Source: the human T2T-CHM13v2.0 reference genome, Homo sapiens
Assembly (NCBI RefSeq): GCF_009914755.1
Contig: NC_060932.1
DNA length: 64,000 nucleotides
Strand: one strand, 5' to 3'
Within the stretch, counting starts at the first letter, position 1. Each line of letters starts with the position of its first letter. The notes under the pieces are model-generated. The model saw only the letters and a list, made by a program, of their open reading frames with translations. It did no database searches and was not told the origin of the DNA. Below are positions 38,793 through 55,715 of this stretch, piece by piece. Made by a program: the position numbers and the translations under genes.

Positions 38793-41521
38793 CTGCATAA
38801 AACCTCAGTGAAGAAGGCTTTGCATTCAGTGCCTGTCAGCTGATGTTCATATCAAAGAAGTGAGAAACAGGATTTGACAGTGAAGAATGTCCTAAACTGA
38901 CAACCACTGACCAGCATTCCTATTGGAAGCATTTCTTTCTTGTGATCCTTTTTCAGTGTTTAAAGAAATGCAAGATTTTTTGGCTACGGTTCGATTTGAC
39001 AATAAAATAAATTATAATGGCACCTTAAATGTGTGTAGTTCTTTGCAATTTATGAAGTGCTCTTTTATCTACAAATATTTAGACTAACACCTCAATGGGA
39101 GAGCACATCATCAAATACTAACATCAAGAGCAATATTTTACTCCTCTCAGGAAAAGAAAATTGTGCAAATATTAAAAAGCTGCAGTCCCATAGCTGCAAA
39201 AATACTGTCCTTGCAATTTAATAGTGCAATGTATTGTATTGCACATAGAATGATTTTTATTAGAAAGGACCTTTTAAAGATCATTTTAACACAAATTATT
39301 AGCAGGTATTAACGGACCACAGAGACTAAGTCCACAAAGGAAAATATCATTTCAAAGACTTCTAGTCTGCTTTGAGTTGTACAAACATAAAAGAAAAAAT
39401 AGACTGTTTTCTCCACTGCTTTTATTAGGTATAAACTGGACACTGGAGAAACTGAGTATTGAAATTCTCCCATGCAATATTTAGCTTTTCAAATAAAGTC
39501 ACTGCTATCTAGTTTATAATAAAATTATTAATGACTGAACAAAAATATTTAATAAAAAGTTAACCTCAGTATTAAAAAAGTCCGTTTTTATGCACCCAGT
39601 ATAAGACTGATTGGTTGTTTTGTTGGAATTTCATCTTTTAAAATAATAAACCAACAAAATATAAAATGCTGAACACAGCACAAGAAATAATGGACTTCAA
39701 CTTCTTCAGCATCCATCCTGGCTGCAAAAAAAGCCCGGATCAAACCAAGATTCCCTGATTACTATTGGGTGAGATTGTCAGACTTCTCTGAAACAAACAA
39801 AAAAATCAGTAAAGGAAAAAAACGAAAATGAAATCAAATAACCCTATCTTTATTATCTGAAAATCATAATATTACAAACTAGACTTTAAGGATAAAAGAG
39901 AGGGAAATCCACAGAATTATAAATTTGCTTCTGTGTATACACATCACAGCTGACATAAACACTCAGGTTGGGGCTATGTTAGTTTAAGAAACAATGGTGT
40001 TTGGTGACCTTTTCTAAAGAATTGTGTGACAGGAGAAACTGGGCACAACAGAATACTCACATGGTCAAGGCAAACGCTGCCATAAACTAAAAGGAGGCCC
40101 CCAACACTAACAAACCGTTTATCACAGAGAAGCTGGTCAATTTGTATTCTAGGGAGTGTGGACTCACTGGGCACAGACCCAGTTCCACTCCTGTTCTATG
40201 CAAAGGAGGGCAATGATAATAAAAGCTACTGAGTGCACTTAAAAATGGTACAGATGTTGAAAAGGAGACTAGGAGAGGGAAAAAAATCCCTGTAAAACAC
40301 ATTTCAGTTCACACAGAAGGTATAAGGAATGCTTTGGTCAGAAACCCGACCTTTATCAGGAGATAAATCAATCTGCAGCAGCTGCGGACAGCCATTTATA
40401 TACAGGCTCTGGGCAGATTAATTAAGAAAAGCGAAGTTAAAGATTCAAGGGGCCTCAGAGTTACATTAAGCACATGAAGTTTGTCTGGAGTGGCCTCTCC
40501 AGCTCTCCTGGTCTTCACTCCCTAGCTCTGGCCTCGGGCACTATTCTGCAGGACCTCCTCCACGGGAATCCTAGCTATTCCTTAAAGCGACCTTCTGCAG
40601 ATTCCCCCAGGAAGCAGCAGCCAGACTAGGGCACGGTGGAATTTGTGGTGCCCAGTCTTCAAGGGTTTCTCCGTTACGCTTTGCAAGGAATGAGACCATG
40701 GGCTGCACGGCCGCCCAGCCAAATCCTCCAAACTGAAAGGCCTTTTGGGGGAGAGGGGGAGGGAAGGCGGCTATTTTTAGTAACAGTTGTGGCTCACATC
40801 CTACTTCCCGGAATCATAGTACTCAAACTTTTCCAAGGGTTGACCGCCCTTACAAAAAATAAAAAATAGCACGTTTCAAAAAATGGATCTGAGCGCCTTG
40901 TGCTGACCTAGCCGTATTTGCTCAAAGCACCCCAGTCAGCGCCAGGTCCCCCCCGGGAAAGAGGTCTGGGTGCGCCAACCAACCCGGTCCTTTCAGGTTC
41001 GCAAAGAGGGCGGTGAGCGGCGGGCCCTGGAGCGCGTCTCCACTGGCCCGGGGGCTTCACCAGAGGGGTTTCTGGAAAACGAAAGGAATTATCCGGACGT
41101 GGCTCCAAGTCTGGACCCCTTCGGGCGGGAGCTACAGGGCACAAGGTTGTGCTCCCCACTCAGAAGAAGCGGGCACCGAGTCGGGGCCGCGACGGGAACA
41201 CCCAGGAGGGCCGGGGCGGCTGAGTCCAGAGCGCGCAGAGGTCGGGCGGGGACGACTCTCCCCATCGGCCCCTGACTGCGAAGCCCGGGACCAGCCCCGG
41301 GCGGGAGCCGCCGTCCGCCCGCTCACCCAGGAGCTTCCCAGTCCAGCACCCCAAACGGCCAGGAGTAACAAGGAAAGTTCGCAGGCAGGCGCAGAGCGCC
41401 TGGGTACCTCTAAGCAAACCCCCACCCTAGTTGCAGCCGGGTCCCAAAGTTAAGATCCCGCCTCTTTACTCCTTAGGGCTAAGTTTTCCACCATCAAAAC
41501 AAGTCTTTGCTTCCAGTTTAC

Positions 41522-41567
41522 AGAAAAAGAAAAGAAAAAAAAAAAAAAGAAAGGAAAAGAAAAAAAC
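41522..41567 (+). repeat. Pure A/G tract inside the CpG island
   Basis: agaaaaagaaaagaaaaaaaaaaaaaagaaaggaaaagaaaaaaa. Confidence 0.9.
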
Positions 41568-41967
41568 CCACGATGCGGGCATAGGGCCACCTGCCAAATG
41601 CACTGTGGGCACCTCGATCGGTTGTTTTGTCGGGGGAGAAACCCACTCGTCATCTTCCTGCTCGCATACCGTGACTATGGAGAGGGAAGAAAAATTATTT
41701 TTAAAAGACACTGTGGGGAATATAATAGTAAAAACTGCATCCTCGGCTGACCCGCGAAGTTCAGTGTCATCGCAGACCGGAGTCACCCGCGATGTTCCTC
41801 TTTGCCCTGGTGCGTAGTCCTACCCTAATTGAGCGACAAGTACAGCCTGGAGCCTCGCGGTCGAATAATCCAAACGAAGATGACGGTCATCGGAACAGTA
41901 ATTAATAACAGTCAGGGGCCCGACCCCGCCGCCCGCCCGCCGGCCAAGCCCTACCGCGGACACTTAC

Positions 41968-41995
41968 ACTGCACAGGGCCGGAGAGTCCCACCAT
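41968..41995 (-). CDS. RUNX1T1: RUNX1T1 distal first exon coding part MVGLSGPVQ plus T (gives MVGLSGPVQYRTEK... when joined to exon 2)
   Basis: ATG GTG GGA CTC TCC GGC CCT GTG CAG T|GTAAGT; 28 nt, phase 1; donor at 41967-41962. Confidence 0.8.
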
Positions 41996-42400
41996 CCGCC
42001 ACAGGCTCCGAGCTGCAAATAAAACTTCCCGTCGTCTCGGCCGGCCCGCGGGGCGACGGGGCGAGGACGCGGCGCGGCTTCCCTCGCGAGGCCAGAGTGT
42101 CCGCGGCCACTCGCCCACGCGCGCTCGCCACGAGACCGCGGAGTCGCGCCGCGGAGCGACTACGGCCGCCCGGCGCTGCGCAGAGAGAGCTGCCGTGCAA
42201 AAAGCCCGGGGTCGGGGACGCCAGCCAAACGCAACCTCCACGCAGAGCCCAAGACTTGCGGAGCTCTGCTCCCCTCCTCCCGCCTCCCTCCCTCCCTCCG
42301 CTTTTCTGTTGTTGCTGCTGTGGCAGACAAATGTGATGTGGGGCGCAGGGAATTGCCACTGTCACAGGCGGCGTCTGCGTCTCCCTCGCCCGCCCTCGCT
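41996..42400 (-). other. RUNX1T1: RUNX1T1 distal first exon 5' UTR (TSS approximate)
   Basis: GC-rich sequence upstream of the ATG and donor, within the CpG island. Confidence 0.7.
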
Positions 42401-45400
42401 CACTCTCGAGGAAGGCGACGCATTTATCTGCAGGGCGGCCGGGCGTCCGCCGGGGAGCAGGAGCGCCGCGCGCTGTGCGCCGAGAGCGCCCGCATCAGGC
42501 CGGCTCCGGCGCACGCTCGCGCCAGGGGCGCCGCGGCCGGTCGGGAGGGAGGCGGCTGCGCGGCCGCTACCAGGTGCAGGGGGGAGGACCCGCGGCGGGG
42601 CGTGGGGGAGGTGGAGGTGGGAGACATCTGTGTTGTGCGGGGGTCACGGAGGTCAAGTATATGTTAACAATGGGCAGGCCCGGCACGCTAGGGCGCGCGG
42701 GCTGGCGGGCGGCCTCCCTCCCGGCCTCGCCCTCTCCCATGCAGGCTGGACGTGGGGTTGGCTCCCTAATGATGCCTTCCCGGGCCGCCAGCTCTCAGGC
42801 GGCCCGAGTGCCCTGCAGTAACCCAAGACGACCACTTTCCCCGGCCATCTGGAGCGCTCCCGGCTGCCCTGCCTGTGTCTCATCACTGGCTGAAGAGACA
42901 GCTCTGCTAGAAATCAAGCCACTCTCAGATCTCCTCTCTAATCCCCTTCTGTTAGCTGATTTCCAGACTGACTATTTGCTTTCGCATTAGATAATAGCCT
43001 TAGAGAAAACAATTATCATTTTCTTTTATTCTCTTTGTTTTTCTACTTCTCCCATAGTATACCATTAAGAGGGACGGCTTTCTATCTCAGGTTTTTGTTA
43101 GATGTGTCCCCCTCCCCCAGACATTAATATCAATACTTGGGGGCAGTGTGGGGGGTAGTCCCGGAGGAAAAGATAGGGTGAAAGAATTCCAGATATTTCC
43201 AGAGTAAATAAATAATCTCGGTGAAGAGGACTGACAATTTGTACAGAGCCAAAAAGGGCTTGAATAATAATGAAAATATTAATATGTAGGTCAAATATGA
43301 TCAGATAATGGCTTGCAATGATAAGTAAAATGAAATCTTTTAAAATTACTATGGAACGGTACCCTGACTGCAAATGTTATTGTATTTAGTGGAACTATTT
43401 GAAATCCTACTCTGAACCATGTTTTCTCCAACTAGCCTAAATCAATGTAAGATGTCCTGAATACGTGTTTTAAAATCTCATTTTTACAAAGGAAAAAAGG
43501 CATCAGATAGAGTCTGAGTCGGTCTGATGCAGTTGAGAACTGATGAGACATTTGTGGGTTTTATTTTCTGAAGTGGTGTTTCAAATATTTAATAGTGAGT
43601 AAAATCCCTTCCCCCATCCTTTTAAACCCAGCTGGAGCTTCCAATTCTGAAGTCTTTTCAGACTCTACTAATTTTTAGCAATTCATTTCCAGAAAACACT
43701 CATTGTACATTCTCCCCTCTCCTTGGGACATTTGTCTAATGAATTATAATAGATTAATGAATTGCAATGTTAAGTCTTGGTATTTGATATTATGATGCTC
43801 TTAATTTGAATCTCATTTTATCAAGGTGTACATTCTATAATAATTTCTGTATTACAGTTCTTTATATTTTGCTATAGTCGCAAATCTTAATAGCATGAAT
43901 AATCTTAAACTATAAAATTTTATGTACACCATACTAATATAACTCCTTTGTGTAGAAAATTATGTCAAAGCTTACTATTGTTCTTAAAAGAATAAAATCA
44001 TGTTGACATTTTATTATTCTATTACCTGTATTATCTCTTCTGTCCCCCAAATTGAAACCAAATAATTTGGATTCTGGAGGCATATAGTCATCTTTATTTA
44101 AAATTTAAAAAGTGATACCTGAATCAGGAATGATTCTTGTGAAATAGTGTTACTTCTAAAATCATAATTTAAAATATAGAAAAAGTAAATCAGCAATAGT
44201 TTTATGATATAAAAAAGCAGGGACAGAAATAAAATAGAAATGTTAGCTGCATTTTTCTTCTGTCTGTAAATTGTGCCAGTGTAGGTGTAAAATTATGGTA
44301 GAAACTTTGAACTTCTAAATCAATGAAAAGTAACTTGCAGGAAATCAAATCAGAATTGTACACAATCAAGATACATTCATGACACCAAGGCATATTTTGT
44401 AAGATGCCACAAACCTTAAAGGATCTTCCTTTTTGCTAGTCATACTTCTGGAAAAATAATGATCATTCTTTAGTTATACTTCTTAAAAATTCTCGATTTG
44501 GTTTTATATCAGATAGAATATATCACAACTTGAGTTGTTTTCCAAATTCTGATAAAAGCAGTGGAAGAACCTGTATCCTTGAGTTGATGTATAAAGATTA
44601 TTCAATATATTCCTTAATCCCACTTGCTACCTCCTTGAAAGGCCTGTGTTCTACAAAATGTAGAACATATTTTCCTGTAGGGTTTATCCTCGTATTATCT
44701 CCTAACTCCTTTATTTGGAGCAAATAATAACTATAGGGGCCAACTCAAGCATAGGATGATTCTTGAATTGCAAAATCTAGGAAAATAAAACATATTAAAT
44801 GAAAAGGGAGGAACTGGTTGATACCGTGTGGTGCGAGAGTATGAATTACCTGAAAACAGTACAGGGCCATAAAATATTTGGCTAACCTTAGACTTGGGGT
44901 GGCAGATACACATGACAATGTTCAAAACAAAATAAACTATTAATTGATTTTTTAAAAAATCCAAGGAGACAGGATGAATAATAAGTCTTCATATCTGTAC
45001 ACTCACAGGAAAGATAAGGTTTCTGTACCCTCAAGGCTAGTTTACTAAAAGCAAACAAACAAACAAAAACATGTAAGCACTTACCTACCACAACAAAACC
45101 ACTAAATTAAAAGAAAAAATACCTAATAATGTCTTAAAATATTTTTAAAAACCCTTGCTAACAACTTTATTTTTTCACACTTTAGAAGATATTTTTCTCA
45201 CATCATCAAATTTTTATTATTGTAAAAATACTGAGTTCTTTCAATTTACAGGGTGGTTTGCTTTTTTTTTTTTTTTTCAGTAATGCTGCCTAAGGATGCT
45301 TTTTGTTTTCCTTTAAACCAATCTTTTAAAAAAGCAGAGCTTTCAATACAAATTTCAGATGAGTGCTTATTACCTTCTTTAGAGATGTGTGATTCACCTT

Positions 45401-46890
45401 TCACAAAAAGGAATTCCTATACAAAATGTTAACAAGTACTTAATTAGCATGTTTAAAATTCCTCCTTATAGATCTTAAAGTTTAAATGACTCCCAAGCTG
45501 TGATTTTCTATTCCTTGAAAAAGTCCTCCTGTTTGCCTAGGTTGAGGAAAATCCTTAATTACCACGTTACTTACTTCTAACAAAATTATTTATTATCGTA
45601 TTTGTACAAAAAAAGAATATGATAAACATAAAGAATGGCAAGCCATAATTAAGTTTTCATAAATTTAGACTTACCCACTATTTGCAATTTCTCTCCCTTT
45701 TGCTGTATAATTTTATATAATTTACTTTTTGAGCTTTACATGAACAAGTTTTATTCCAAATCTTTGCAGTTTTGTTTTTTTTAACTTGTTTAATGTTTCA
45801 TTTTAGAATGTGGACCAAAAAAAGAATACATTTCAGAGATCTTTTCATTTTATTGTATAGTAGTTGAGCCACATACACTTAGTACATGTTCAATATGCTA
45901 TACACATACATTAGTTGTTTGTGGACTTTTAACCTAAGCTAATAAACATACTTCATTAAGTAGAAAAATTATAAATTAAAAATAGCTTCCATCATCCCCC
46001 CAAATAAACTGATCAATTGGTATGATTTAGCTGCAAACCTGCAGACACTGGGTTGATTTTTGTTTATGATTCCTATGTGTTCAGATAGTCATGTTTTTCT
46101 GTACTACTTTAAAACCACTTTGCATCCCCAAAGCCAAAGTTTTAAAATTTCAATTACTTATTTAATTTGAAAAAAAAGACTTTGAAAAGTTTTGAAAAAA
46201 ATACATATTAGTGTTTCTTTAGAAAATGAGTTTTAATTTTTAAATATTTAAATATTTGTGTTTGTTAGATTTTGACACATTAAACTCTGCAAGAACTCAT
46301 TTATTGCATAAAATGAAACACACATGCATACTTGTCATACATGTATGTATTTTTATATGTACAACTATCTGTAATCTAGTAATTATCGCATGTGATCTTT
46401 TATAGCTAATTCATGAAAAATAACAATGCCAAATAAAATATTTTATTCACGTTCTCATTTAAATTGAATATTTCCCACCCCCATTTTTGAAATTTGATTT
46501 TTTAAAATACCATAAACCAGAATAAAATCATACAATATCCCCCCATGGAAATCCAATATTCCACATTTTTCGTTGAATGTGTTTAGTGAAGATCTTTTTC
46601 TTTTTTACTATATTTTGTACTGGTTATTCTGTCTATATAATTCTCAATTAGGTGTATATTATTGGGCTGTAACTGCACAAAGACAATGGTCATTGCTCAC
46701 TGAATGGTGCTTAGCACATACTAGGTGCTCAATAAATAGTTGTTGAATAATGAATGAATAAGAGGTTTAAAAAGTTCCTACTTAGATGTCTTATCTAAAT
46801 AAATAAAACAAATGCTACCAACTTGACTTCTTTTTGACTGAAGTATTAAGAAACCTAAGATTTTAACATTACCAAGATTTTAAATGAAAA

Positions 46891-46972
46891 ATATGTGGAT
46901 ATCAATTTGTTGTTGTTTTATATGTGCATATAGATACTTTCATGTTGTTTTATATGTGCATATCAATACTTC
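46891..46972 (+). repeat. Short tandem duplication, period about 32 nt
   Basis: tgttgttttatatgtgcatat at 46911-46931 and 46943-46963, plus a partial copy before. Confidence 0.8.
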
Positions 46973-47911
46973 TTGTAATAATGGTGAATTTGATGTGAAA
47001 AAGATATATGCTTATGTGTTTTTGTTTTAACTGTGTATAAAATTCTTTTAGATTTTACAATAAACCACAAATTTTTCTGAAAATTCACTGTACTTTCTAC
47101 AATAAACTAGAATTTTTTAAAAAAACACTACAAAAAGAACTTCAAGCCAGCAGGATCTTAAAGATAAGTAATTCTTTCCTTCTAGTCTCCTATAGTAGTT
47201 AAAACATGTATTCTTCAGCATACACATCAATATGCAGTAAAAATTTGTTTAATTTGTCTGGGGCATGCTCTCATTCTTTCATTTAATTATTATATCGCTG
47301 ATAGTGTATATAATCCAGATTGTTTAAATGGTTTTAAATGGTGTTTATACTTGGTAAAGAATCATTTTTATTTGGAAATTTATGCCTTTGTTATGCAAGA
47401 TCAGTATATCTATGTCCATATTAAATCTACTCTTCAAAAGATGCATATGTATTTTAATCATCTCATTTTTCCTAATCCTTTAAAAATATCAATTTACTCC
47501 ATAGTGCACTCCAGTCTGATGAATCCCATATCACCTCATAAGAGTGTTTTCATGCAGGAATTACCACATCACTGTAGTGCATCCACCTCTGGGGAGAAAA
47601 CAGAAGCCAACTGGCTCACAGCACAGCAGTGGGAAGGGAAGAAATTTTTGGCCAACAAATCTGTAGCAAATATAGACTGCTGTTAATCATGTTCAGTTCT
47701 TTGCTCAGTTCTTACTTTTTTCTTGCTTATATTTTTTTCTCAACAGGCCTAGCCACCAACTGAGCTATCTCTTTGTCCCACTGGAAGACAACATAGTTAG
47801 AAAGGGCATAGCCATTGCCCAAGTCCAGTTTAGTTAACCTTCCTAAGGTTTCCCCCCAGACTTCATCTGTGCCTTTGAGAAAATCATTTGATCAGTGTAA
47901 CCTCTAGATGA

Positions 47912-48474
<563 letters not shown>

Positions 48475-48514
48475 TAATACAGAAGAACAAATATATTACT
48501 TAAGAGCTGTGCAG

Positions 48515-48670
48515 CTAAACTTTAATATGCATACTAACTACTTGGGGATTATATTAAAATGCAAAATCCGAGTCAATGGGTCTGAGCTGGGGCCTGAGAT
48601 TCTACATATCTAATAAGTTTCCAGATAATGCCTGGAATTCCAGGTAATGCTCCTGATAGTGTGGACCAGT
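48515..48670. mobile_element. MER5-like hAT DNA transposon relic
   Basis: ttaaaatgcaaaatcc...ggtctgagctggggcctgagattctacatatctaataagtttccagataatgc. Confidence 0.7.
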
Positions 48671-50964
48671 GATGCTGTTCCCCACTATCAGGAACAAGAT
48701 TTTAAACATTACAAGAAGCATTGAGAACATCATACCTTACCATCCTCCTTCTATATGCAGAGCTCCATTTTCACAGTTTGCATAAAGGCCCACAGCATTC
48801 ATGCACTCACAAAATATACAGAACACCATAGAGGACACTGCATCCATGACAGGAGAAAACAGGCTCACACATGAATAAGGTCCCTAACGTCCCCACCTGC
48901 TGTTCAGGCACCTGCAATCCACAATGGAGGTCCATTATCAGACTAATAAAATAAGCAGTCACAAAGCTGTTTATCTAAACAAGACTGAAAGCTCTTCAAA
49001 AGTTGAACTCTGAATGATTACTGCAGAAGAGTTGTGACTCTCATTTAAGAGGTCATTGATAGTTGTCCCTTGCCAGGGACTATATTCGCCTAGTATTTAA
49101 CTAGGTTCACGGGCCACCTGCAGTGTGTAACTAAGTAAAAGTACTATGTACCAATGAATTCAAGGTGTGCAATTTATTACTACTTCCTGGTGCATAGCCA
49201 CAGGCCACTCCAACACCCCAGTCCCTTGTAGTAGTGAACAGAGGTCTTCAGTCAGAGATTGTGCACCATCTACTATGCAAGGCAGGGCTCAGCCTCTGGT
49301 TAATTCAACTCACCTATTTATGAAATTAGTTTGCTTCATCCTATTGACATCTTATGACAATTATGCATAGTGCACTGGTTTAACTGAAATGCATAGTGCT
49401 TTTAAAGTTTAATGACAATTGAAGACTCAGAAGAAAAGAGAAACATATTTTTCATAAAGGCAGTCACGTATACATTTTCACTTTTAAGCATTCTGTTTGG
49501 GTCTTAGAGGAGACTTGAATACTGAGAGGAAGACTAAGCCAGGTTTATTTCTTGTAATTGATTTTGAATCTTTTGAGCAGGAGAAGCACCCATTCAAGTC
49601 CCTTGCAACTGAAAAAAATTAAGTACATGTGATTTGACGGTAATTCTAACACACTCTCTCTCCCTATCAATAATTGGATATATTTTTGTGCTACAAGCCT
49701 CCATTGTTTTCACCTCATTGGGTACCATAATAGCAAACAATTTATGTTCAGTCTACCAAAAATGCTACTTCTTTAGCTTAAAAAAAAAAGTGTTGTAACC
49801 AGGAACTCTTAATAACAATTCTTTGCTGCAATCTGATTGAATCCATACTTTTCTCACTTCTTGCTACTGTTTCTAATATTGAAGGAGGATTTATATTTTT
49901 TCTGAACAATAGTTTTTAATTAAGAAGATTTATTAAAGACAGTTTTCCTTCTTATGATTACATTTCCAGTTCCAGAGACACCTGCATTTCAAAACGCACC
50001 ACATATTTTCATAAATATTCCACAATTCCCTTAGAGCTTTTGGTATTTTAATTTCCTCCAACCTCTTCTTAACATCTTCACTTTCACTTGTGGGTTCCAT
50101 CTATTTGTACACATTCAGAATTAGACATTTCTTCACACAGGTATAAAATAGAATTGCATTAGAAAGAAAATTCAAAGCATTCCTGTTCTTTCTGAATCAA
50201 GACTTTTAAAAGGAACAAAGAGAAATTAAGCTCAGTAACAAATGTCTGACAAAATATCTAGATATCTTACAGAAGTACTTAGAGTGGCAGAGTAAACAAC
50301 CAGGCTGAGTTTGCTTTGAAGTTTCAATCATTGTTATTTTAATAGAGTAGAAAATTCATTTAGATAGTAGAATCTGATAGTTACCCAATTAAAGCCCTTT
50401 TTGTCTATGTTAATGTAGTTTCAAATTTTTTGGTTTTGAAACCCACTTTTGCCAGAGAATTATCTAAAGATAGAAGCAGCTCGAGCAGTTGACTTTAGGT
50501 GTACCTCATGAGTGACAGTAAATTGTCAATTAGACCTTTTAAGCCTTTAGTATAAAATTGTAAGCCAATGTATTAAGCTTGATCAAGGTGCAAAGAACAG
50601 AGATGCACTCAGGTTATCTCACTTAGTTCACGGAGTTGGCTGTAAGGCTATAGAGGAAATGTAGAAGGCAGGAAACCACCAGTATACACCCAGACCTCAC
50701 TGGAGAGACCACAATAGCAGTGACTCAGTTATCCCTTCTCATCCTTCTTCAGCAGCCTACCTTAATGCCTCACTGGCATTGGGCCTGAATGTCCCAGCCT
50801 TATTGCCACCAGTGCTCTCCATGTCTCTGCACCTGCTCCTTCCACTGTCGACTCACTTCTTGGTCCTCTCTGTTTTACAAAATCTGCTCACTCATTGCTT
50901 GGACTGTTCTGTGATCTCTAATAACTCATGGCTTATGTTTATTGTCATGTCTGTGTCTTTCTTT

Positions 50965-51107
50965 TTTATTTTTAATTATCCATTTATTTATTTTTTAGAG
51001 ATAAGATATGTTGCTTAGGCTGGCCTTGAACTCCAGAACTCAACTGATCCTCCCGCCTCAACCTCCTGAGCAGCTGGGTTTATAGGCACCTGCCACCACA
51101 CCTGGCT
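50965..51107 (-). mobile_element. Free Alu monomer (FLAM-like)
   Basis: Single arm tgttgcttaggctggccttgaactcc...gccaccacacctggc; flanking tcatgtctgt direct repeat. Confidence 0.8.
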
Positions 51108-51548
51108 TCATGTCTGTATTTTCCAACTTCTGTTTTTCTACTAACAGACATACATTATTATAAAATAGAAAGACAGAGAGACTGCATCAGTCAACCACCA
51201 TCTATACTTTGGAACAAGACCATCTCATTGCCTGAAGGCTGGGGTTGGGAGCTCATCTCTGATGAGCTGCCAACTGTGGTCAGAGTAGCCAGGTCCTGTG
51301 GACAACTTTCCTTGAAGGAAGCCCCTCCTGAAATACAGTGGTTTTCTCTTCAATACAAAATAACGCTAATGGGCTTTTGAAAAAACTAGGATTGTTTTAA
51401 ACTGTAGATATGTGATGGAAAGTTTTCCAGTTTTTTTGCTTGTTGATTTGTTTCTTCTCATCATTCATAATGACATGAAGGTTTTTCAGTTTTTATCTTG
51501 GTGTTCAGTACCTCCATAAGGACAGGACAGTATGGAGAAAGATCATGG

Positions 51549-51877
<329 letters not shown>

Positions 51878-52999
51878 TCTTAAGCTTTGTGGTCTATGAG
51901 ACCTGGAATTGAATTCCTTTTCTGCCACTTGTCAGCTGGGTGGCCTTAAGACACTTAACTTTCTTTTAAGTTCCCATTTTTCTCACCTGGAAGTGCTTAC
52001 TTCACAGGAAGTCTAGCATTCATTAGCATTTGTTTTATATGTCTTCAAAGTAGATGTGAGCTGGTATTCAGCCTTGGTGTGAAGGATAGTGGGCTTTTTA
52101 AATAATTTGCTGCTGCTTCTTAGGAAAGGGAAATCTAAATACTTTCCACTTTGGCTTTCTTGCCTAGTAGATAGGATGGGAAATGTGCTCATCACCTCCC
52201 TTCCTATGCTTAATTTTTTTGCTCTGTTTCAGCTTGTATTATATCAGGAATCTGGTTTTTTTCTTTCTATGAACTGCAGCTATGATATTGTTATTATTAT
52301 TATGGACTTTAAAATGGAAAATGTAAAAGACATAGTGGTGAGAGTGGGGGAATGAAGCACAGGTAGCAGATGATACATAGTTTATATGGCCCATTTTTAT
52401 TACAATTTTCACTTTCTCAGCCATTTACTCCAAAATTTAATGGCACATATAACACACACATCACTGTGCTAACAGTTGGGAAATAAGACAACTAACTGGC
52501 TGTCACAGGAGTTAAAATTGAGAGCTATATAATAGGTTTATGGCCATGTTGAATTGTTTTTTTCATAGAGAAACACACGCGCATATATCCACATGCAGAA
52601 ACACATAAGCAAAAATGTATGTACTTCAATGTATTTTTACACATGTATATACCTAAAATGCCTAAACATATGCATACACCTATAAATACATAGAATATAA
52701 ATTTTCTTTCATGTCTCCATTTTCTTTAAGTGAAATTATGCCTGTCTCTCTAGTCCCTATCTCACCAATCACTGAAAATCCAATTGAGAGGGTCGTCTCG
52801 TACTTCTTGGATTCTGCAGAAGTCTCTGAGTTTCACTCAGAAAACATCTGAAGACACCAGTTCATCTTTCATTCACACTGGTTACTACCGAAGTTCCTCT
52901 TGCCTTAGTTATATTGGCCTCATGAAATCAACAACCTGACTCCAATACCTCAGTGAGGGGAAACAAATGTTTGCCAAGGTGGTAAATGCCCTACCTCTC

Positions 53000-53195
53000 C
53001 ATAGTTCATACCATGTGCTGGGCTCTGTTCTATGCATCACGTTCCAGGTATTACCTCATGAATTCCTGAAACAATAGTGAGAGAGTGGTACTATTATGTC
53101 CAAGGAAAATGAATCCCAGGCTGGGAGTAACCTCCCTAAGGCTTCGCAGCTCATAAATGGCAGATGCAGGATTTGAACCATGGTGGTCTGGGTTA
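53000..53195 (-). mobile_element. MIR
   Basis: ccatgtgctgggctctgttcta...taaatggcagatgcaggatttgaacc. Confidence 0.7.
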
Positions 53196-53659
53196 AGATA
53201 TGTCTGACCCAGTCTCTAAGGACTTGCTACGGCTTCCCCTACTTCTCCAGAAGTCACGGCTCAAGTTTCTGGGGTCCGGGGTTTTTAAACACCAATACGA
53301 AAATCTTGTTTTCTTTTCCTAAACTTCTCAGGTCAAGTCCAAGGGTATAGAAAAATGAAAGAACTCAGTTTCACTGATATCTAATTCTAAGAGCAAGCCC
53401 TTCTGGAATCAAAAGGCAAACACCACGGCAGTCCTCTGAAATTCGAGTTCTCTCTATGGGGTCACAAATCTCAAAACCTGGAACCTCAGAAACTGCCTCC
53501 AGTTCTTAAAAGGGAGCTGGCAGAATGCTAGTAAAACAACCAACTGTTGGCTGCTAATTTGGATGGAGAAAAACTCAACATTGCTCCAAAGAGGGAAGAA
53601 GTATCTCCTTTTTCTCAGGGCCTTCTTAAGGAAGGAGATCCTTGAATTAAGAGGGTTTT

Positions 53660-55715
<2,056 letters not shown>

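Larger units (their letters stand above)
40900..42870. promoter_or_regulatory. CpG island: distal RUNX1T1 promoter and first exon
   Basis: Very high GC and CpG density (many cgcg/ggcggc, GC boxes, G-runs at 42545-42622) against AT-rich flanks; contains a start exon with a consensus donor. Confidence 0.95.

Noticed and set aside
41327-41509. Possible 183-nt exon after the pyrimidine tract in the CpG island (donor CTGG|GTGAGC)
   Set aside because: The acceptor is a poor GAAG set apart from the tract; unsupported without transcript data
41829-42821. 330-aa plus-strand ORF and other overlapping ORFs in the CpG island
   Set aside because: Non-ATG start, low-complexity Arg/Ala/Gly/Pro composition, no recognisable domain; expected from stop-codon scarcity in GC-rich DNA
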